A stretch of 64,000 nt of DNA, from NCBI GenBank assembly GCA_964576115.1, contig CAZNUA010000007.1, forward strand, positions 1 to 64,000. Direction: 5' to 3'. Position 1 is the stretch's first letter. Each line of letters starts with the position of its first letter. Source of the DNA: an uncultured Gemmatimonadota bacterium. Lineage in GTDB: Bacteria; Blakebacterota; Blakebacteria; Blakebacterales; Blakebacteraceae. The notes beneath the pieces are model-generated. The model saw only the letters and a program-made list of their open reading frames with translations, did not search any database and was not told the DNA's origin. Of this stretch, positions 18,104 through 28,574 are shown in pieces. The translations under genes were made by a program, and so were the position numbers.

Positions 18104-20158
18104 TCAACGGTGCGAAAAAGCGGCGGCCGGAACGGGCTCGCTCTCCCGGCCGACTCGCTGATACCGCAGGCCGAGATCGGCGCCGCCGGTCTTGTTGAAC
18201 CACTCCACTGTCAGTTCGTGCCGGCCGGCCGCCAGAGCGATCTCCCCGCTGCCGGTCTGCGAGCCGTGCAGGCCGTCGTTGTCGATGACGAGCCGGCCGT
18301 CGATCGAGAGCCGCGAGCCGTCATCGGAGGTCAGCAGGAACCGGTAGACCTCATCGGCGGGCACCTCGATGAAACCGCTGAAACGATGCCCGACATACTC
18401 GACCCGGCCCGAACGGGGCAGTTCCAGGTCGGCCACAGTCGCCCGGGCGGCGACCGGCAGCGCATCGAAATCGGGCAGCACATCCCAGTTGCCGTGATAG
18501 GTCTCGCGCACCAGTCCGGGGACGGTTCCCGAGACCTGTAGCGCCGCCAGCGGTGCGGCTTTCTCAAAGCGGGCCTCGGCCACCGCGCTGACCGGGTCCC
18601 CCTGGTGAAAGGAACGGGCCCTGACCGTCGTGGTGCGGTCTATCGTAACCGGCCCGTCGTACACGGGTGCGCCGGCATCAGGTTCACTGCCGTCGAGGGT
18701 GTAGCGAATCACGATATCGGGACTGCGGGTGCGCATCTCCACCGCCAGGGTATTGACCAGGATCTGCGAATCGGCCTCGATCACCGGCGTTTCGTAGACC
18801 ACCGGTGCTCCGTGCAGTTCGAGAGTGACGACGGTCGCCACCGGGTCGGAGAGGCGAGCGGGCAGCCAGATTTCCAGGTCGGTATCGCGGCGCTGTACCG
18901 CCAGCCGGTCGCCGGAAGCGAGCAGGCGCGCCTGGATCGCGTCGTTCCCGATCCCCGGCACCACCAGGCGTCCGTCGGCGGGCCGCTCGAAAACGTGCAG
19001 GTAGAGGATCGATCGACGCCCCTTCCGCTTCACCGTGCAGCGGCCCCAGGGCAGATCGGCGAAGGGACTGGCCGAGGTGCCGTAGATTGCCTCGCCGTTG
19101 ACCTCCATCCAGTCACCGATCGCCGCCAGCCGTTCGACACTCTCGGGCGGGAAGAGCCCCTCGGCGGTGGGCCCGACATTGAGCAGGTAGTTGCCCCCCT
19201 TCGAGGCGATATCGATCAGCATCCGGATCAGGGTCTCGACCGATTTGAAATTCTTGTCGGCAGCGTTCCATCCCCAGTGATTGTTCATCGTCATGCAGGT
19301 TTCCCAGTCCACCCCGGGCAGACCGGTGGCGGGGATCTCCTGTTCGGGAGTACCGTAATCGCCGGCGTACATGGCATCCTCGGTGAGCCCCGCCATCCCG
19401 CCCCGCCCCTTGTCGACCCGGTTGTTCACGATCACGTCGGGTTGCAGCTCGAGGCAGAGATCGTACAGGGGCTGGCCGTAGCTGTGGTTCCAGGTGCTCT
19501 CCCACTCCCCGTCGAACCACATGATCCCGATCGGACCGTAGTTGGTGAGCAGTTCGGTCACCTGGGCGTGCAGGTAGGCTGCGAAGCGGTCGAAGTCGGC
19601 CCCCTCGGCCGGCCGGTCGGCGACCTCCCAGCCGCGACGGGGCAGGTAGTCGGGATGGTGCCAGTCCATGATCGAGTGATACCAGCACATCTTCAGACCG
19701 TGCCGGCGGCAGGCCTCGGCCAGCTCGGCCATGATGTCCCGCTCAAAGGGCGTAGCCATGACATCGAACTCGGAGACCTCGGAATCGAACAGGGCGAAGC
19801 CGTCATGGTGCTTGGAGGTGATGACGATGTACTTCATGCCGGCCTCAGCTGCCATACGGGCCCACTCGTCGGCGTCGAAGAGAACCGGATTGAACTCCTC
19901 GAGCAGCTGATCGTATTCCCCGACCGGGATCTGGGCCGTGGTGCGGATCCACTCGGCGTGATGGGTCTGCTCCCCCCACTTGCCGGCCGGGATGGCGTAA
20001 AGCCCCCAGTGGATGAAGAGACCGAAACGGGCCTCACGCCACCAGTCCATCCGGCGGTCCTTGTCGGTTTCGAACCGGTTGGCGCCGCTGCAGGCGACGA
20101 AGGTGCCGGCCAGAAGGAGGATCAGCGCGAGGAAGATGGAGCGGGTCAGGCGGGTCAT
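18104..20158 (-). CDS. GH29 alpha-L-fucosidase lipoprotein with Fn3-like and PA14 domains
   Basis: FGLFIHWG, TSKHHDGF, WFDGEW, WETCMT, GGNYLLNVGP; IRYTLDGSEP; SDDGSRL/DNDGLH (PA14); lipobox FVAC. Confidence 0.92.
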   Translation of the reverse strand: MTRLTRSIFLALILLLAGTFVACSGANRFETDKDRRMDWWREARFGLFIHWGLYAIPAGKWGEQTHHAEWIRTTAQIPVGEYDQLLEEFNPVLFDADEWARMAAEAGMKYIVITSKHHDGFALFDSEVSEFDVMATPFERDIMAELAEACRRHGLKMCWYHSIMDWHHPDYLPRRGWEVADRPAEGADFDRFAAYLHAQVTELLTNYGPIGIMWFDGEWESTWNHSYGQPLYDLCLELQPDVIVNNRVDKGRGGMAGLTEDAMYAGDYGTPEQEIPATGLPGVDWETCMTMNNHWGWNAADKNFKSVETLIRMLIDIASKGGNYLLNVGPTAEGLFPPESVERLAAIGDWMEVNGEAIYGTSASPFADLPWGRCTVKRKGRRSILYLHVFERPADGRLVVPGIGNDAIQARLLASGDRLAVQRRDTDLEIWLPARLSDPVATVVTLELHGAPVVYETPVIEADSQILVNTLAVEMRTRSPDIVIRYTLDGSEPDAGAPVYDGPVTIDRTTTVRARSFHQGDPVSAVAEARFEKAAPLAALQVSGTVPGLVRETYHGNWDVLPDFDALPVAARATVADLELPRSGRVEYVGHRFSGFIEVPADEVYRFLLTSDDGSRLSIDGRLVIDNDGLHGSQTGSGEIALAAGRHELTVEWFNKTGGADLGLRYQRVGRESEPVPAAAFSHR

Positions 20159-20250
20159 GCGGGAAACTCCTGCTGGAGGTGGAATCGTCATCATACCCCG
20201 CCCGGTCTCGCCTGTGCTACCATTGCGGCCGGGAAAGAGAGGTTTGGCCC

Positions 20251-21762
20251 ATGTCAGAATCACGCCCGCAGCTGGATCGTCGCACCTTCATCGCCGGAAC
20301 CGCCGCCGGGGCCGGCTGCCTGGCCCTGGCCGGCTGCGGTCTGTTGCCCGGACGCCGGAGCCGGCTCCCGAACATCGTCTACATCATCGCCGACGACATG
20401 GGGTACGGAGATCCGGCCTGCTTCAATGCCTCGTCGAAGATCCCGACGCCGAACCTGGACCGGCTGGCGGTCGAGGGGATGCGCTTTGCCGACGCCCACA
20501 GCGGTTCGGCGGTCTGCACCCCCACCCGCTACGGTATCCTGACCGGCCGCTACGCCTGGCGGACGCGCCTGCAGAGCGGCGTGCTGTGGGGGTATTCTCC
20601 GCCGCTGATCGAACCCGACCGAATGACGGTCGCCTCCCTGCTGCACGCGCAGGGCTATCACACCGCCTGTGCCGGGAAATGGCACCTCGGCCTGGGCTGG
20701 CACACCACCGACGGTGTGAAACCGGGTGACGGCGCTGATGAAGCGGGGAAGAATATCGATTACTCCCGACCCGTCAGCGACGGTCCCACCACCCACGGAT
20801 TCGATTATTTCTACGGCATCCCCGCTTCGCTCGACATGGTTCCCTACGTCTATGTGGAGAACGACCGGGTCGAAGCCCCCCCTACCGACCGGATCGAGGG
20901 ACGCGGCGGGCTGGCGTTTTACCGTGGAGGTCCGGCCGCTCCCGGTTTTGATCACGAACAGACCCTGCCGCGGCTCGCCCGTAAGGCAGTCGGCTTCATC
21001 GACGAGCACTGCGCCGCCGGGACGGGGGCTCCCTTCTTCCTCTATTTCCCCCTTTCCTCCCCGCACACACCGGTGCTCCCCACAGCCGCCTGGGCGGGCC
21101 GGAGCGGGGCCGGCCCCTACGGAGATTTCGTCGCCCAGACCGACGGGGTTTTGGGCGAGGTGCTGGCCGCGATCGATCGCCACCAGCTGGTCCAGGATAC
21201 TCTCGTCATCGTCACCAGCGACAACGGTTCCACCATGACCCCGATGCACGAATACGACCACCTGCCCAACGACGGGCTGCGGGGCCGCAAGTCCGACGTC
21301 TGGGACGGCGGGCACCGCATTCCCTTCCTGGCCCGCTGGCCCGGGACGGTCCCGGCCGGGACGACCTGTCCGGAGACGATCTGCCTGACCGACCTGCTGG
21401 CCACCTGCGCCGATCTGACTGGAACGAGGCTGCCCGAAGACGCCGGCGAAGACAGCTGGAGTATCCTGTCCGCCCTGCGAGGCCGGATCCGGGGCCCGGT
21501 GCGGGAAGCCACCGTCCATCACTCGATCGAGGGGATGTTCGCGATCCGGCAGGGCCGCTGGAAGCTGATCGAAGGGCGGGGTTCGGGAGGGTGGACCGGC
21601 GGGGGAGAGGACGATGAGGCCCCGGGGCAACTCTACGACATCGAGACCGATCTGGACGAAAGCACGAATCTGTATCGCGAGCGTCCCGACGTCGTCGCTG
21701 AACTCACCGCCCTGCTCGACCGGTACCGCTCGCAGGGACGGAGCGCACCGCTGTCCCGATAG
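20251..21762 (+). CDS. Tat-exported Cys-type arylsulfatase
   Basis: DRRTFI twin-arginine motif; ADDMGYGD; CTPTR formylglycine motif; GKWHLG; SDNG. Confidence 0.93.
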   Translation: MSESRPQLDRRTFIAGTAAGAGCLALAGCGLLPGRRSRLPNIVYIIADDMGYGDPACFNASSKIPTPNLDRLAVEGMRFADAHSGSAVCTPTRYGILTGRYAWRTRLQSGVLWGYSPPLIEPDRMTVASLLHAQGYHTACAGKWHLGLGWHTTDGVKPGDGADEAGKNIDYSRPVSDGPTTHGFDYFYGIPASLDMVPYVYVENDRVEAPPTDRIEGRGGLAFYRGGPAAPGFDHEQTLPRLARKAVGFIDEHCAAGTGAPFFLYFPLSSPHTPVLPTAAWAGRSGAGPYGDFVAQTDGVLGEVLAAIDRHQLVQDTLVIVTSDNGSTMTPMHEYDHLPNDGLRGRKSDVWDGGHRIPFLARWPGTVPAGTTCPETICLTDLLATCADLTGTRLPEDAGEDSWSILSALRGRIRGPVREATVHHSIEGMFAIRQGRWKLIEGRGSGGWTGGGEDDEAPGQLYDIETDLDESTNLYRERPDVVAELTALLDRYRSQGRSAPLSR

Positions 21763-21810
21763 CTGACGGCTGGCGATCCACCCTCTGTCCGGATCGGTCC
21801 CGAACCGGTC

Positions 21811-22620
21811 TCAGTGCCCTTTCGTGACACTGCGCAGGGCGATGCGATCGATCAGGCCGGGGGCGAAAACCTTGAGCACCTGACCCAGCCGGCCCCGCAG
21901 TCCCATGATCAGTTGGCGGCGGCGGGCCGCGGCCGCGGCCAGGGTCAGATGGGCGCATTCCTCGACCGGCATCGATTTGCTCTCCTGCATGGTCGATCGC
22001 CCCATCGCCCGTCCCTCGACATCGAGCGCGGTCTCGCGGATGGTGGTGGCCACGTAATCGGGGAAGACCATGGTCACGCTGACTCCATCCCCTGCCAGTT
22101 CGATGCGCAGGGCGTCGAAGAAACCGACCAGGGCGTGCTTGCTGGCGGTGTAGCCGGTCCGGGTCGGCAGGCCGGTCTTGCCGGCGATGCTCGACAGGGC
22201 CACGATTCGGCCCCGGCTCGCCTTCAGGTGCGGCAGAGCGTAGAAGGTACAGTAGATGCTGCCCATGAGGTTGATCTGCATGACCCGTTCGATCACGGCC
22301 AGGTCGCGCAGATCGTCGAAACGGCCGTAATGGGTGATGCCGGCGTTGTTGATCAGGGTGTCGATCCGGCCGAACTCGGCCACCGCGGTCTCGATCAGAA
22401 CCCGGCACGCCTCGAGACTGGTGATGTCGGTCGGTACGCCGAGCACGCGTCCCCCCCGCCCCGTACAGACCGCCACCGCTTCCTCCAGAGCCGGCTCGTC
22501 GATATCGGCCAGAGCCACCCGGGCGCCCTGAGCGACCAGTTCACACCCCATGGCCCGGCCGATGCCCTTGGCGCCGCCGGTGATGACGACCGCATTGTCC
22601 CGCCACACGGATTCACGCAT
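21811..22620 (-). CDS. SDR family oxidoreductase
   Basis: TGGAKGIG, NNAG, YTASK. Confidence 0.93.
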   Translation of the reverse strand: MRESVWRDNAVVITGGAKGIGRAMGCELVAQGARVALADIDEPALEEAVAVCTGRGGRVLGVPTDITSLEACRVLIETAVAEFGRIDTLINNAGITHYGRFDDLRDLAVIERVMQINLMGSIYCTFYALPHLKASRGRIVALSSIAGKTGLPTRTGYTASKHALVGFFDALRIELAGDGVSVTMVFPDYVATTIRETALDVEGRAMGRSTMQESKSMPVEECAHLTLAAAAARRRQLIMGLRGRLGQVLKVFAPGLIDRIALRSVTKGH

Positions 22621-22645
22621 GATGACAGGGACCTCCCCTCCCGGT

Positions 22646-24760
22646 TCAGTACTCCACCAGGCCCGCCAGGCGCAGGACCTCGAGGTAGTTGAGGATGGCC
22701 TGCAGATCCGAGGGGCTCTGGTACTGGGCGTCGAGGGCTTTCTTGAGATCGAGCACGCTGTAGGAACCGTTCACCAGGCAGATGAGTTCGCTGGTGCTGG
22801 CGATGTCGCGCCGCCCGTAGGGGAAGCGGGCCCGCTCGGCCTCGGGCACGGCCTCGATGAAATCGGAGTACCCCCCGTACCCGTTCTCGGTCACCCGGGC
22901 GGTCTGGCGCGGCACGATGCGCGAGGCCCGGCGCTCCAGGTCACTCAGCTGCACGCGCACCGGCCCGGTTCCGAGCCGGGCGGCGACAGACCCCATGTGG
23001 GTCTCGAGCGCCTCTAAATGGGCGCCCCCGACCGTCTCGATCATCCCCTGCATTTCCTCGATGTAGCTTCCCACCCGTTCGGTATCCTCGGCCAGTTCGA
23101 GGATCGAGCCCAGGGTTTCGGCCTCGTTCAGAATGTGGGCCTCGATCAGCCAGCGGGCTGCTTTGTAGGCCTCGGCCAGGTCGCCGCCGGCGGCCGCGTT
23201 GAGCCTCTCCTGGGCGATGACGAACTGGTGGCCGAGGCGACGGGTGCCGTTGCTGGCCGTCTCGCCGGCGATCCGGATGGCCAGGTCGTCATCGGCCGAA
23301 GCGATGGTGTAGGCGGCCGCGGCACCGATCACCGCCACCCGCTTCATCTGGGTCGGATCGGCTTTGTCGACCCGATCCCCCGAGGTGTGGTACCAGCGGT
23401 CGGGCCAGGCGATCATCATGATCCCCGGCACCTGTACCCCGGGGTTGTTGAAGACCTCGTGATCCGAGGAGCCATAGTGGGTCTCGATGGCGTAGTAGAA
23501 CGGCTCGTCGGCGCCGGTCGGGGCCACGATCCGCCGCGGCACCTTGTAGAAGCCGCTCCGGTTCTGGATCCGTTCCCGGCTCGACTCGCCCACGAAGCGG
23601 TAGCAGTTCTCCATGACGTCGTTTATGTAGTGGGCGTTGCCGAAGGTGGTCCTCATCACGCACATGAAGGCCTGGTTCAGACTCAACCACTCCCCGACCA
23701 TGTCCATGTTGATGTTGCACAGGGTGCGCTCCATCAGGTCGCTGTTCTCGCGCACCCACGGCCCGGTGCCCGAAAACTCCGGCCCCCAGAGGAAACGGAT
23801 GGTCCGCTTCGGACGCGGAATCCGTCCCTCTTCGATGAGGGTGTTGAGCACCCGGGCCACCTCGAGGATCCCGGCGCTGCCCGACTTGTTATCGCAGGCT
23901 CCCTGCTTGGTGATGCCCTCGAAGAGGTGGGCGGTAAGGATGATCTCCCCCGCGTCTGGATCGGTACCGGGGATGTGGCAGACCGGATCCTGCAGCTCGT
24001 AGGGTACGGTCGTGGTCTCGACCCGGGCGTGCACGGTGATCTCTTCTCCCGCCATCAGGCGCCGCTTCAGGACCTGGCCCTCGCGCGGCGGGATGAAGAA
24101 GCCGAAACCGGCATCCCCCGAACTCGAGCCCCGGCCTCCCACGCTCGACCAGGGGATCTGCAGGGGATCGAAAAGAGGACGGGAGTTCATGATGCAGACC
24201 ACTCCCAGGGCCCCGCCGTTCTGCACCGCCGAGCGGTAGACCGATCCGATCGAGCCTTCGGTCACGACGATCGTGCCGTCGATGTCGGCCGCATCCAGTT
24301 CCTCGGCGGTCCCGTTCCCGACCCAGACGAGCTGGGCGTTCACGTCGGCCGAGCCGCTCCCCTTGGCCAGCATGGCCGTCATGTCACGGTACGAGGCCAG
24401 GTTCTGGCGCATCGGGTGGGTCTCCCACAGCTCGCCCACGACGGCGTCCCAGACCCGGCCGCCGGGATAGCGGACGATCTCGGCCCCGGGTACGCCGTAG
24501 CGCACCAGCTGGTCGTAAATGTACTGCGACTCATAAAACGTGCCGGCGTACTCCTCACTCAGGCGATCCTTGTTGTAGCCGCCGGTCTCCATGATCGTGT
24601 TCCAGGCCGTTTCCCCCGAGGCTTCGCCGATGATCTCGTCCATCACCCCGGCGGGCAGGAAAGTCCAGTTGTAGTAGGGGTTGAGCTGGGCCCTGACGGC
24701 GGTCGAGGTCAGGGCGACCAGAGCGAAGGTGAACAGCACGGTTCGGCGAAGCATCTGCAT
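22646..24760 (-). CDS. Exported M28-family/DUF4910-like metallopeptidase with PA domain
   Basis: TAHL, GACDNKSG, GPEFSG, NMDMVG, YHTSGD zinc-ligand motifs; signal peptide ending VRA-Q. Confidence 0.82.
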   Translation of the reverse strand: MQMLRRTVLFTFALVALTSTAVRAQLNPYYNWTFLPAGVMDEIIGEASGETAWNTIMETGGYNKDRLSEEYAGTFYESQYIYDQLVRYGVPGAEIVRYPGGRVWDAVVGELWETHPMRQNLASYRDMTAMLAKGSGSADVNAQLVWVGNGTAEELDAADIDGTIVVTEGSIGSVYRSAVQNGGALGVVCIMNSRPLFDPLQIPWSSVGGRGSSSGDAGFGFFIPPREGQVLKRRLMAGEEITVHARVETTTVPYELQDPVCHIPGTDPDAGEIILTAHLFEGITKQGACDNKSGSAGILEVARVLNTLIEEGRIPRPKRTIRFLWGPEFSGTGPWVRENSDLMERTLCNINMDMVGEWLSLNQAFMCVMRTTFGNAHYINDVMENCYRFVGESSRERIQNRSGFYKVPRRIVAPTGADEPFYYAIETHYGSSDHEVFNNPGVQVPGIMMIAWPDRWYHTSGDRVDKADPTQMKRVAVIGAAAAYTIASADDDLAIRIAGETASNGTRRLGHQFVIAQERLNAAAGGDLAEAYKAARWLIEAHILNEAETLGSILELAEDTERVGSYIEEMQGMIETVGGAHLEALETHMGSVAARLGTGPVRVQLSDLERRASRIVPRQTARVTENGYGGYSDFIEAVPEAERARFPYGRRDIASTSELICLVNGSYSVLDLKKALDAQYQSPSDLQAILNYLEVLRLAGLVEY

Positions 24761-24859
24761 TCTCCTTGCGGGGGAAAGAACCGGGCGCGGTTTCCTTTCA
24801 GGTGAATACCCTTGTTCAAGAACTGTCATTCACGAACTGCCGGACCTGCCCGGGCACGG

Positions 24860-25750
24860 TCAGGGCGCATTTCCGGCGGCACGGGCGGCCGTGTCGGCCT
24901 CGGCGTCGGCAAAGGTCGGACGGTCGGGTTCGCAGTAGAGTACCCCGTAGTACCGGTTCTCATCCAGAGCCAGGTTCAGTGCCGCGGTCAGGTCGGTCGG
25001 GTCGTGATCGGCGGGAACCGGCTGCCAGCCCTCCCTCATCCGGTCCCAGGTGATGTTGACGGCATCGAAGGTCACACAGGGTGTCACGACCGGCACGAAA
25101 CTGAACCCCCGGTGAGCCAGGGCACGGGCGAAAATCGGAGCCAGCTCATCGGGCTCGCCGGCGTACCCGGTGGCCAGGAAGCTGGCCCGGTATCCGAGAC
25201 CGAGCACGACCGGATCCAGGGGCGTGTCGGGATTACCGTACGGGTGGGTGCCGGTGCGCTGGCCCTGCGGGGTGGTGGGGGAACTCTGCCCCTTGGTCAG
25301 ACCGTAGATACCGTTGTCGAAGAGGATGTAGGTCACGTCGATGTTGCGGCGGATGGCATGCGGCAGGTGCCCCCCGCCGATACCCAGACCGTCGCCGTCG
25401 CCGCCGACGACGAGGACGGTCAGATCGGGCCGGGCGATCTTCACCCCCCCGGCGATCGGCAGGGCCCGGCCGTGCACGCCGTGAAAGCCGTAGCCCTTGA
25501 AAAAGAAGGGGTAGCGGCCGGCACAGCCGATCCCGCTGACCACCACCAGGTTGCGGTTCTCGATTCCCCGTTCGGTCAGGGCTGCGGCCAGGGCGTGGGT
25601 GATGCCGTAGTACCCGCAGCCCGGACACCAGGTCGGCAGAGCCTCACTGCGGTAATCGAGCAGACCGGAATCGACGACCCGGTCCAGACGCGAGGCCACC
25701 CCGCGGTTGAGCAGAGGGGCGTCCTGCGGTTCCCGTGATCGGGAGCTCAT
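24860..25750 (-). CDS. korB: 2-oxoacid:acceptor oxidoreductase beta subunit (TPP-binding)
   Basis: WCPGCG, SGIGC, GGDGDG...DNGIYGLTKGQSSPT. Confidence 0.92.
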   Translation of the reverse strand: MSSRSREPQDAPLLNRGVASRLDRVVDSGLLDYRSEALPTWCPGCGYYGITHALAAALTERGIENRNLVVVSGIGCAGRYPFFFKGYGFHGVHGRALPIAGGVKIARPDLTVLVVGGDGDGLGIGGGHLPHAIRRNIDVTYILFDNGIYGLTKGQSSPTTPQGQRTGTHPYGNPDTPLDPVVLGLGYRASFLATGYAGEPDELAPIFARALAHRGFSFVPVVTPCVTFDAVNITWDRMREGWQPVPADHDPTDLTAALNLALDENRYYGVLYCEPDRPTFADAEADTAARAAGNAP

Positions 25751-27531
25751 GCTTCACCGCCCGCAGCGGCGACGATCGCGGCCGGATCGAGCGGAGCGGC
25801 GGGCACCCCGGTCAGACGCTCGACCCGGGCTCCGAGCGCCTGCTCGACCAGACCGGCGTACTGTCCCGTGTAGTTGCTTTCGGCCACGATCACCCGCTCG
25901 CACCGTTCGGCGAAGGAGCGCAGGGCTTCCTCGCAGACCGGCCAGACGAGCCGGGGGAAGAAGCCGGCCGCCCGCACTCCCCGAGTCTGCAGGAAGGCCA
26001 GGGCTTCACGGGCCGCCCCGATCCCCGATCCCCAGCTTACGATCCCCACCTCGGCCCGACCGCTCTCGCCCGCGAGTTCGGGCTCGGGCCAGCGCTCGAG
26101 CAGGGTCTCCATCTTCCGGTATCGTTTGCGGGTCATGCGCAGGTGGTTCTCCGGTGTGTAGTCGGGCAGGCCCCGCTCGTTGTGTTCCAGACCCGTGACG
26201 GCGTGATAGAGATCGGGTGTGCCCGGCACGGCCCGGGGCGAGATACCGGTCTCGGTCACCGCGAACCGGCGATAGGAACCCTCCCCCTCATGCCGCTCGG
26301 CCCGGACCTCGGCCCAGGCGCCCCAGGGGGCGGGGTCGACATCGGAGAAGTTGACGTCTTCGGTACGGTTGCAGAGGAACAGGTCGAGCAGGACGATGAC
26401 CGGGGTCTGGAAAGCTTCGGCGACCTCGAAAGCGGTTCGTGTCAGAGTGAAACACTCGGTCACATCGGCCGGCGCCAGAACCGGCCGCGGGCAATCCCCG
26501 GCTCCGCCGAAGGCGGCGATATGCAGGTCGGACTGTTCGGTTTTGGTCGGCAGGCCGGTCGAGGGTCCCCCCCGCTGACCGTCGATGATCACCACCGGCA
26601 CTTCGCCCATGACCGCCAGGCCGATGAACTCGGTCATCAGAGCCAGGCCGGGGCCGCTGGTGGCGGTGACGGCCCGGGTTCCGGCGAAACCGCTCCCGAC
26701 GGCATGGCCGATGGCACTGATCTCGTCCTCGGTCTGCACCACCACCCCACCCCGGGCGGGCAGTTCCTTTGCCAGGATCTCCATGATCTTGGTGGCCGGG
26801 GTGATGGGATAGCCGGCATACAGACGCACCCCGGCCTCGAGGCAGGCCCGGGCGGCTCCCTCGTTGCCCGAGACCACCCTTACCCCTTCGCGCTGTCCGG
26901 GGATACGGTCGTGGAAGTCGATCGCATCGGTTTTCTCGAGATTCTCCAGAGCCCAGCTGCGTCCCAGATCGAAGGCCTGCAGGTTCTGCGCGGCCAGCTC
27001 GGCCGATTTGCGTCCGAAACGGGCTTCGATGCCTTCTTTGAGCGCACCGGGATCGATCCGGAAGATCCCGCTCAGGGCCCCCAGGGCGACGATGTTGCGG
27101 GAGCGGGTGCTGCGCGTGGCCCGGGCGCTCAGCTCACCCAGCGGCACCCCGTAGCCGACCATGCCCGGTTCAATGAAGCCCGCCACGGCCCGGTCTTCAT
27201 CCCAGTACACCGGCGGCCGGCTGTCGTAGAGCACGACCGCTCCTTCGGCCAGCGTACCGAACTCGGTGATCGAGTGGGGATCGTTCAGGGCCACCAGACA
27301 ATCGGCTTTGGTGCCCGGGGTGTGAACCGGCCGATCGCTGATCCGGACGTGAGCCACGCTCTTGCCGAAGCCGCGGATCTCGGCCGGATAGAGATCGATA
27401 TTTATGATGTGGTACCCCATCCGGGCGGCGGCGGCGTTCATGAACCCCCCCGCCGCCAGAGAACCGTCCCCGGCCGCACCGCAGATCCGGATGGTGACAT
27501 CAATGCCTTCTGCCGGCTCGTCTCTGCCCAT
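25747..27531 (-). CDS. korA: 2-oxoacid:acceptor oxidoreductase alpha subunit (gamma-alpha fusion)
   Basis: YPAEIRG, AGYPITPAT, EDEISA, TATSGPG, QRGGPSTGLPTKTEQSD; GAGGA RBS before ATG 27531. Confidence 0.92.
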   Translation of the reverse strand: MGRDEPAEGIDVTIRICGAAGDGSLAAGGFMNAAAARMGYHIINIDLYPAEIRGFGKSVAHVRISDRPVHTPGTKADCLVALNDPHSITEFGTLAEGAVVLYDSRPPVYWDEDRAVAGFIEPGMVGYGVPLGELSARATRSTRSRNIVALGALSGIFRIDPGALKEGIEARFGRKSAELAAQNLQAFDLGRSWALENLEKTDAIDFHDRIPGQREGVRVVSGNEGAARACLEAGVRLYAGYPITPATKIMEILAKELPARGGVVVQTEDEISAIGHAVGSGFAGTRAVTATSGPGLALMTEFIGLAVMGEVPVVIIDGQRGGPSTGLPTKTEQSDLHIAAFGGAGDCPRPVLAPADVTECFTLTRTAFEVAEAFQTPVIVLLDLFLCNRTEDVNFSDVDPAPWGAWAEVRAERHEGEGSYRRFAVTETGISPRAVPGTPDLYHAVTGLEHNERGLPDYTPENHLRMTRKRYRKMETLLERWPEPELAGESGRAEVGIVSWGSGIGAAREALAFLQTRGVRAAGFFPRLVWPVCEEALRSFAERCERVIVAESNYTGQYAGLVEQALGARVERLTGVPAAPLDPAAIVAAAGGEA

Positions 27532-27551
27532 CAGTCCCGCTTGTCCTCCTC

Positions 27552-28574
27552 TCAGTCCAGTTTCTTCCACCAGGCCGTCTGGACCGTGACTCCCTCGTAG
27601 GTGAGGGCGTTGACCGGAGGCTCGACGGCGGTCTCGGCGGCTCCGAGGATGTTGCGAGCCGCCACCTCGCCCAGCCGGCGGGCGTTCTCCCAGCCGATCG
27701 AAACCCAGTAGTTGCTGATGGCGGGATTATAGACCTGGGCGCAATCTCCGGCCGCCCAGACATCGGGCCGGCCGGCCCGCAGGTACTCGTCGACCAGAAT
27801 GCCCCGGTCAATATCCAGGCCGCTGGTAAAGAGGAAATCCACCGCCGGTACGAGCCCGTAGAAGGCACCGACCAGGTCGCAGACGATGCCGGCCCCGCGG
27901 CGGGTCGAGACCCGGTACCCCGCCCCCTCTTCGGCGATACCGGTGACGGCATCGCCCGAGATGATCTCGGCCCCCCGCCCGGCCAGATTTTCGGCCAACT
28001 CGGCCCTGATCCCTTCGGTCACCTCGAGCGGCCAGAAGGCTTCGTCATCGATCATGAAGAGGACTTCCTTGCCCAGCCCGAGCAGGGTCTCGGCCACTCT
28101 CACGCTGATCAGGTCGCCCCCCACGATCAGGATCCGATTCAGTTCGGGCAGACGGGCCCGCCAGGCCCGGGCGTGGCGCAGGCCCTTCAGAACCGTGAAA
28201 TGCTGCCGGTAACCGTAATGGATCTCAGGGATCCGGGGCCGGCCCCCGCAGCAGAGCAGCAGGGTCGTCCAGGTCACCTTCTCCATGTGCTTGAGGTAGG
28301 CGATCTTTTTCTCGAGATCCACCGCCGTCACGGTCTGGCCCAGGCGCAGACGGATGTTGCGCTCGCGGTACCAATCGGGCGAGCGTACGGCCAGTTCGTC
28401 TTCGCCGATCTCACCGGCCACGAAGGAGCGCAGACGGTGCCGGTAATAGAAGGGGAAGAACTCGTTTGAGACCAGGGTGATGCGGCCCTCGGCATCACCT
28501 TCGCGTAACACCTCGGCGGCCTGGTTGGCGGCCACCCCGTTGCCGATGATGAGGTAGTGATCAGCGGTCATCAT
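27552..28574 (-). CDS. FAD-dependent pyridine nucleotide-disulfide oxidoreductase-fold protein (NirB/rubredoxin reductase-like)
   Basis: IIGNGVAA, GILVDEYL, WAAGDCA; second dinucleotide motif degenerate (GGDLIS); GAGGAGG RBS. Confidence 0.85.
   Translation of the reverse strand: MMTADHYLIIGNGVAANQAAEVLREGDAEGRITLVSNEFFPFYYRHRLRSFVAGEIGEDELAVRSPDWYRERNIRLRLGQTVTAVDLEKKIAYLKHMEKVTWTTLLLCCGGRPRIPEIHYGYRQHFTVLKGLRHARAWRARLPELNRILIVGGDLISVRVAETLLGLGKEVLFMIDDEAFWPLEVTEGIRAELAENLAGRGAEIISGDAVTGIAEEGAGYRVSTRRGAGIVCDLVGAFYGLVPAVDFLFTSGLDIDRGILVDEYLRAGRPDVWAAGDCAQVYNPAISNYWVSIGWENARRLGEVAARNILGAAETAVEPPVNALTYEGVTVQTAWWKKLD

Noticed and set aside
20163-20189. ECF-like motif upstream of the sulfatase (GAAAC-N18-CGTC)
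   Set aside because: The 18-nt spacer is outside the 16-17 seen in all other copies, so it was not counted.
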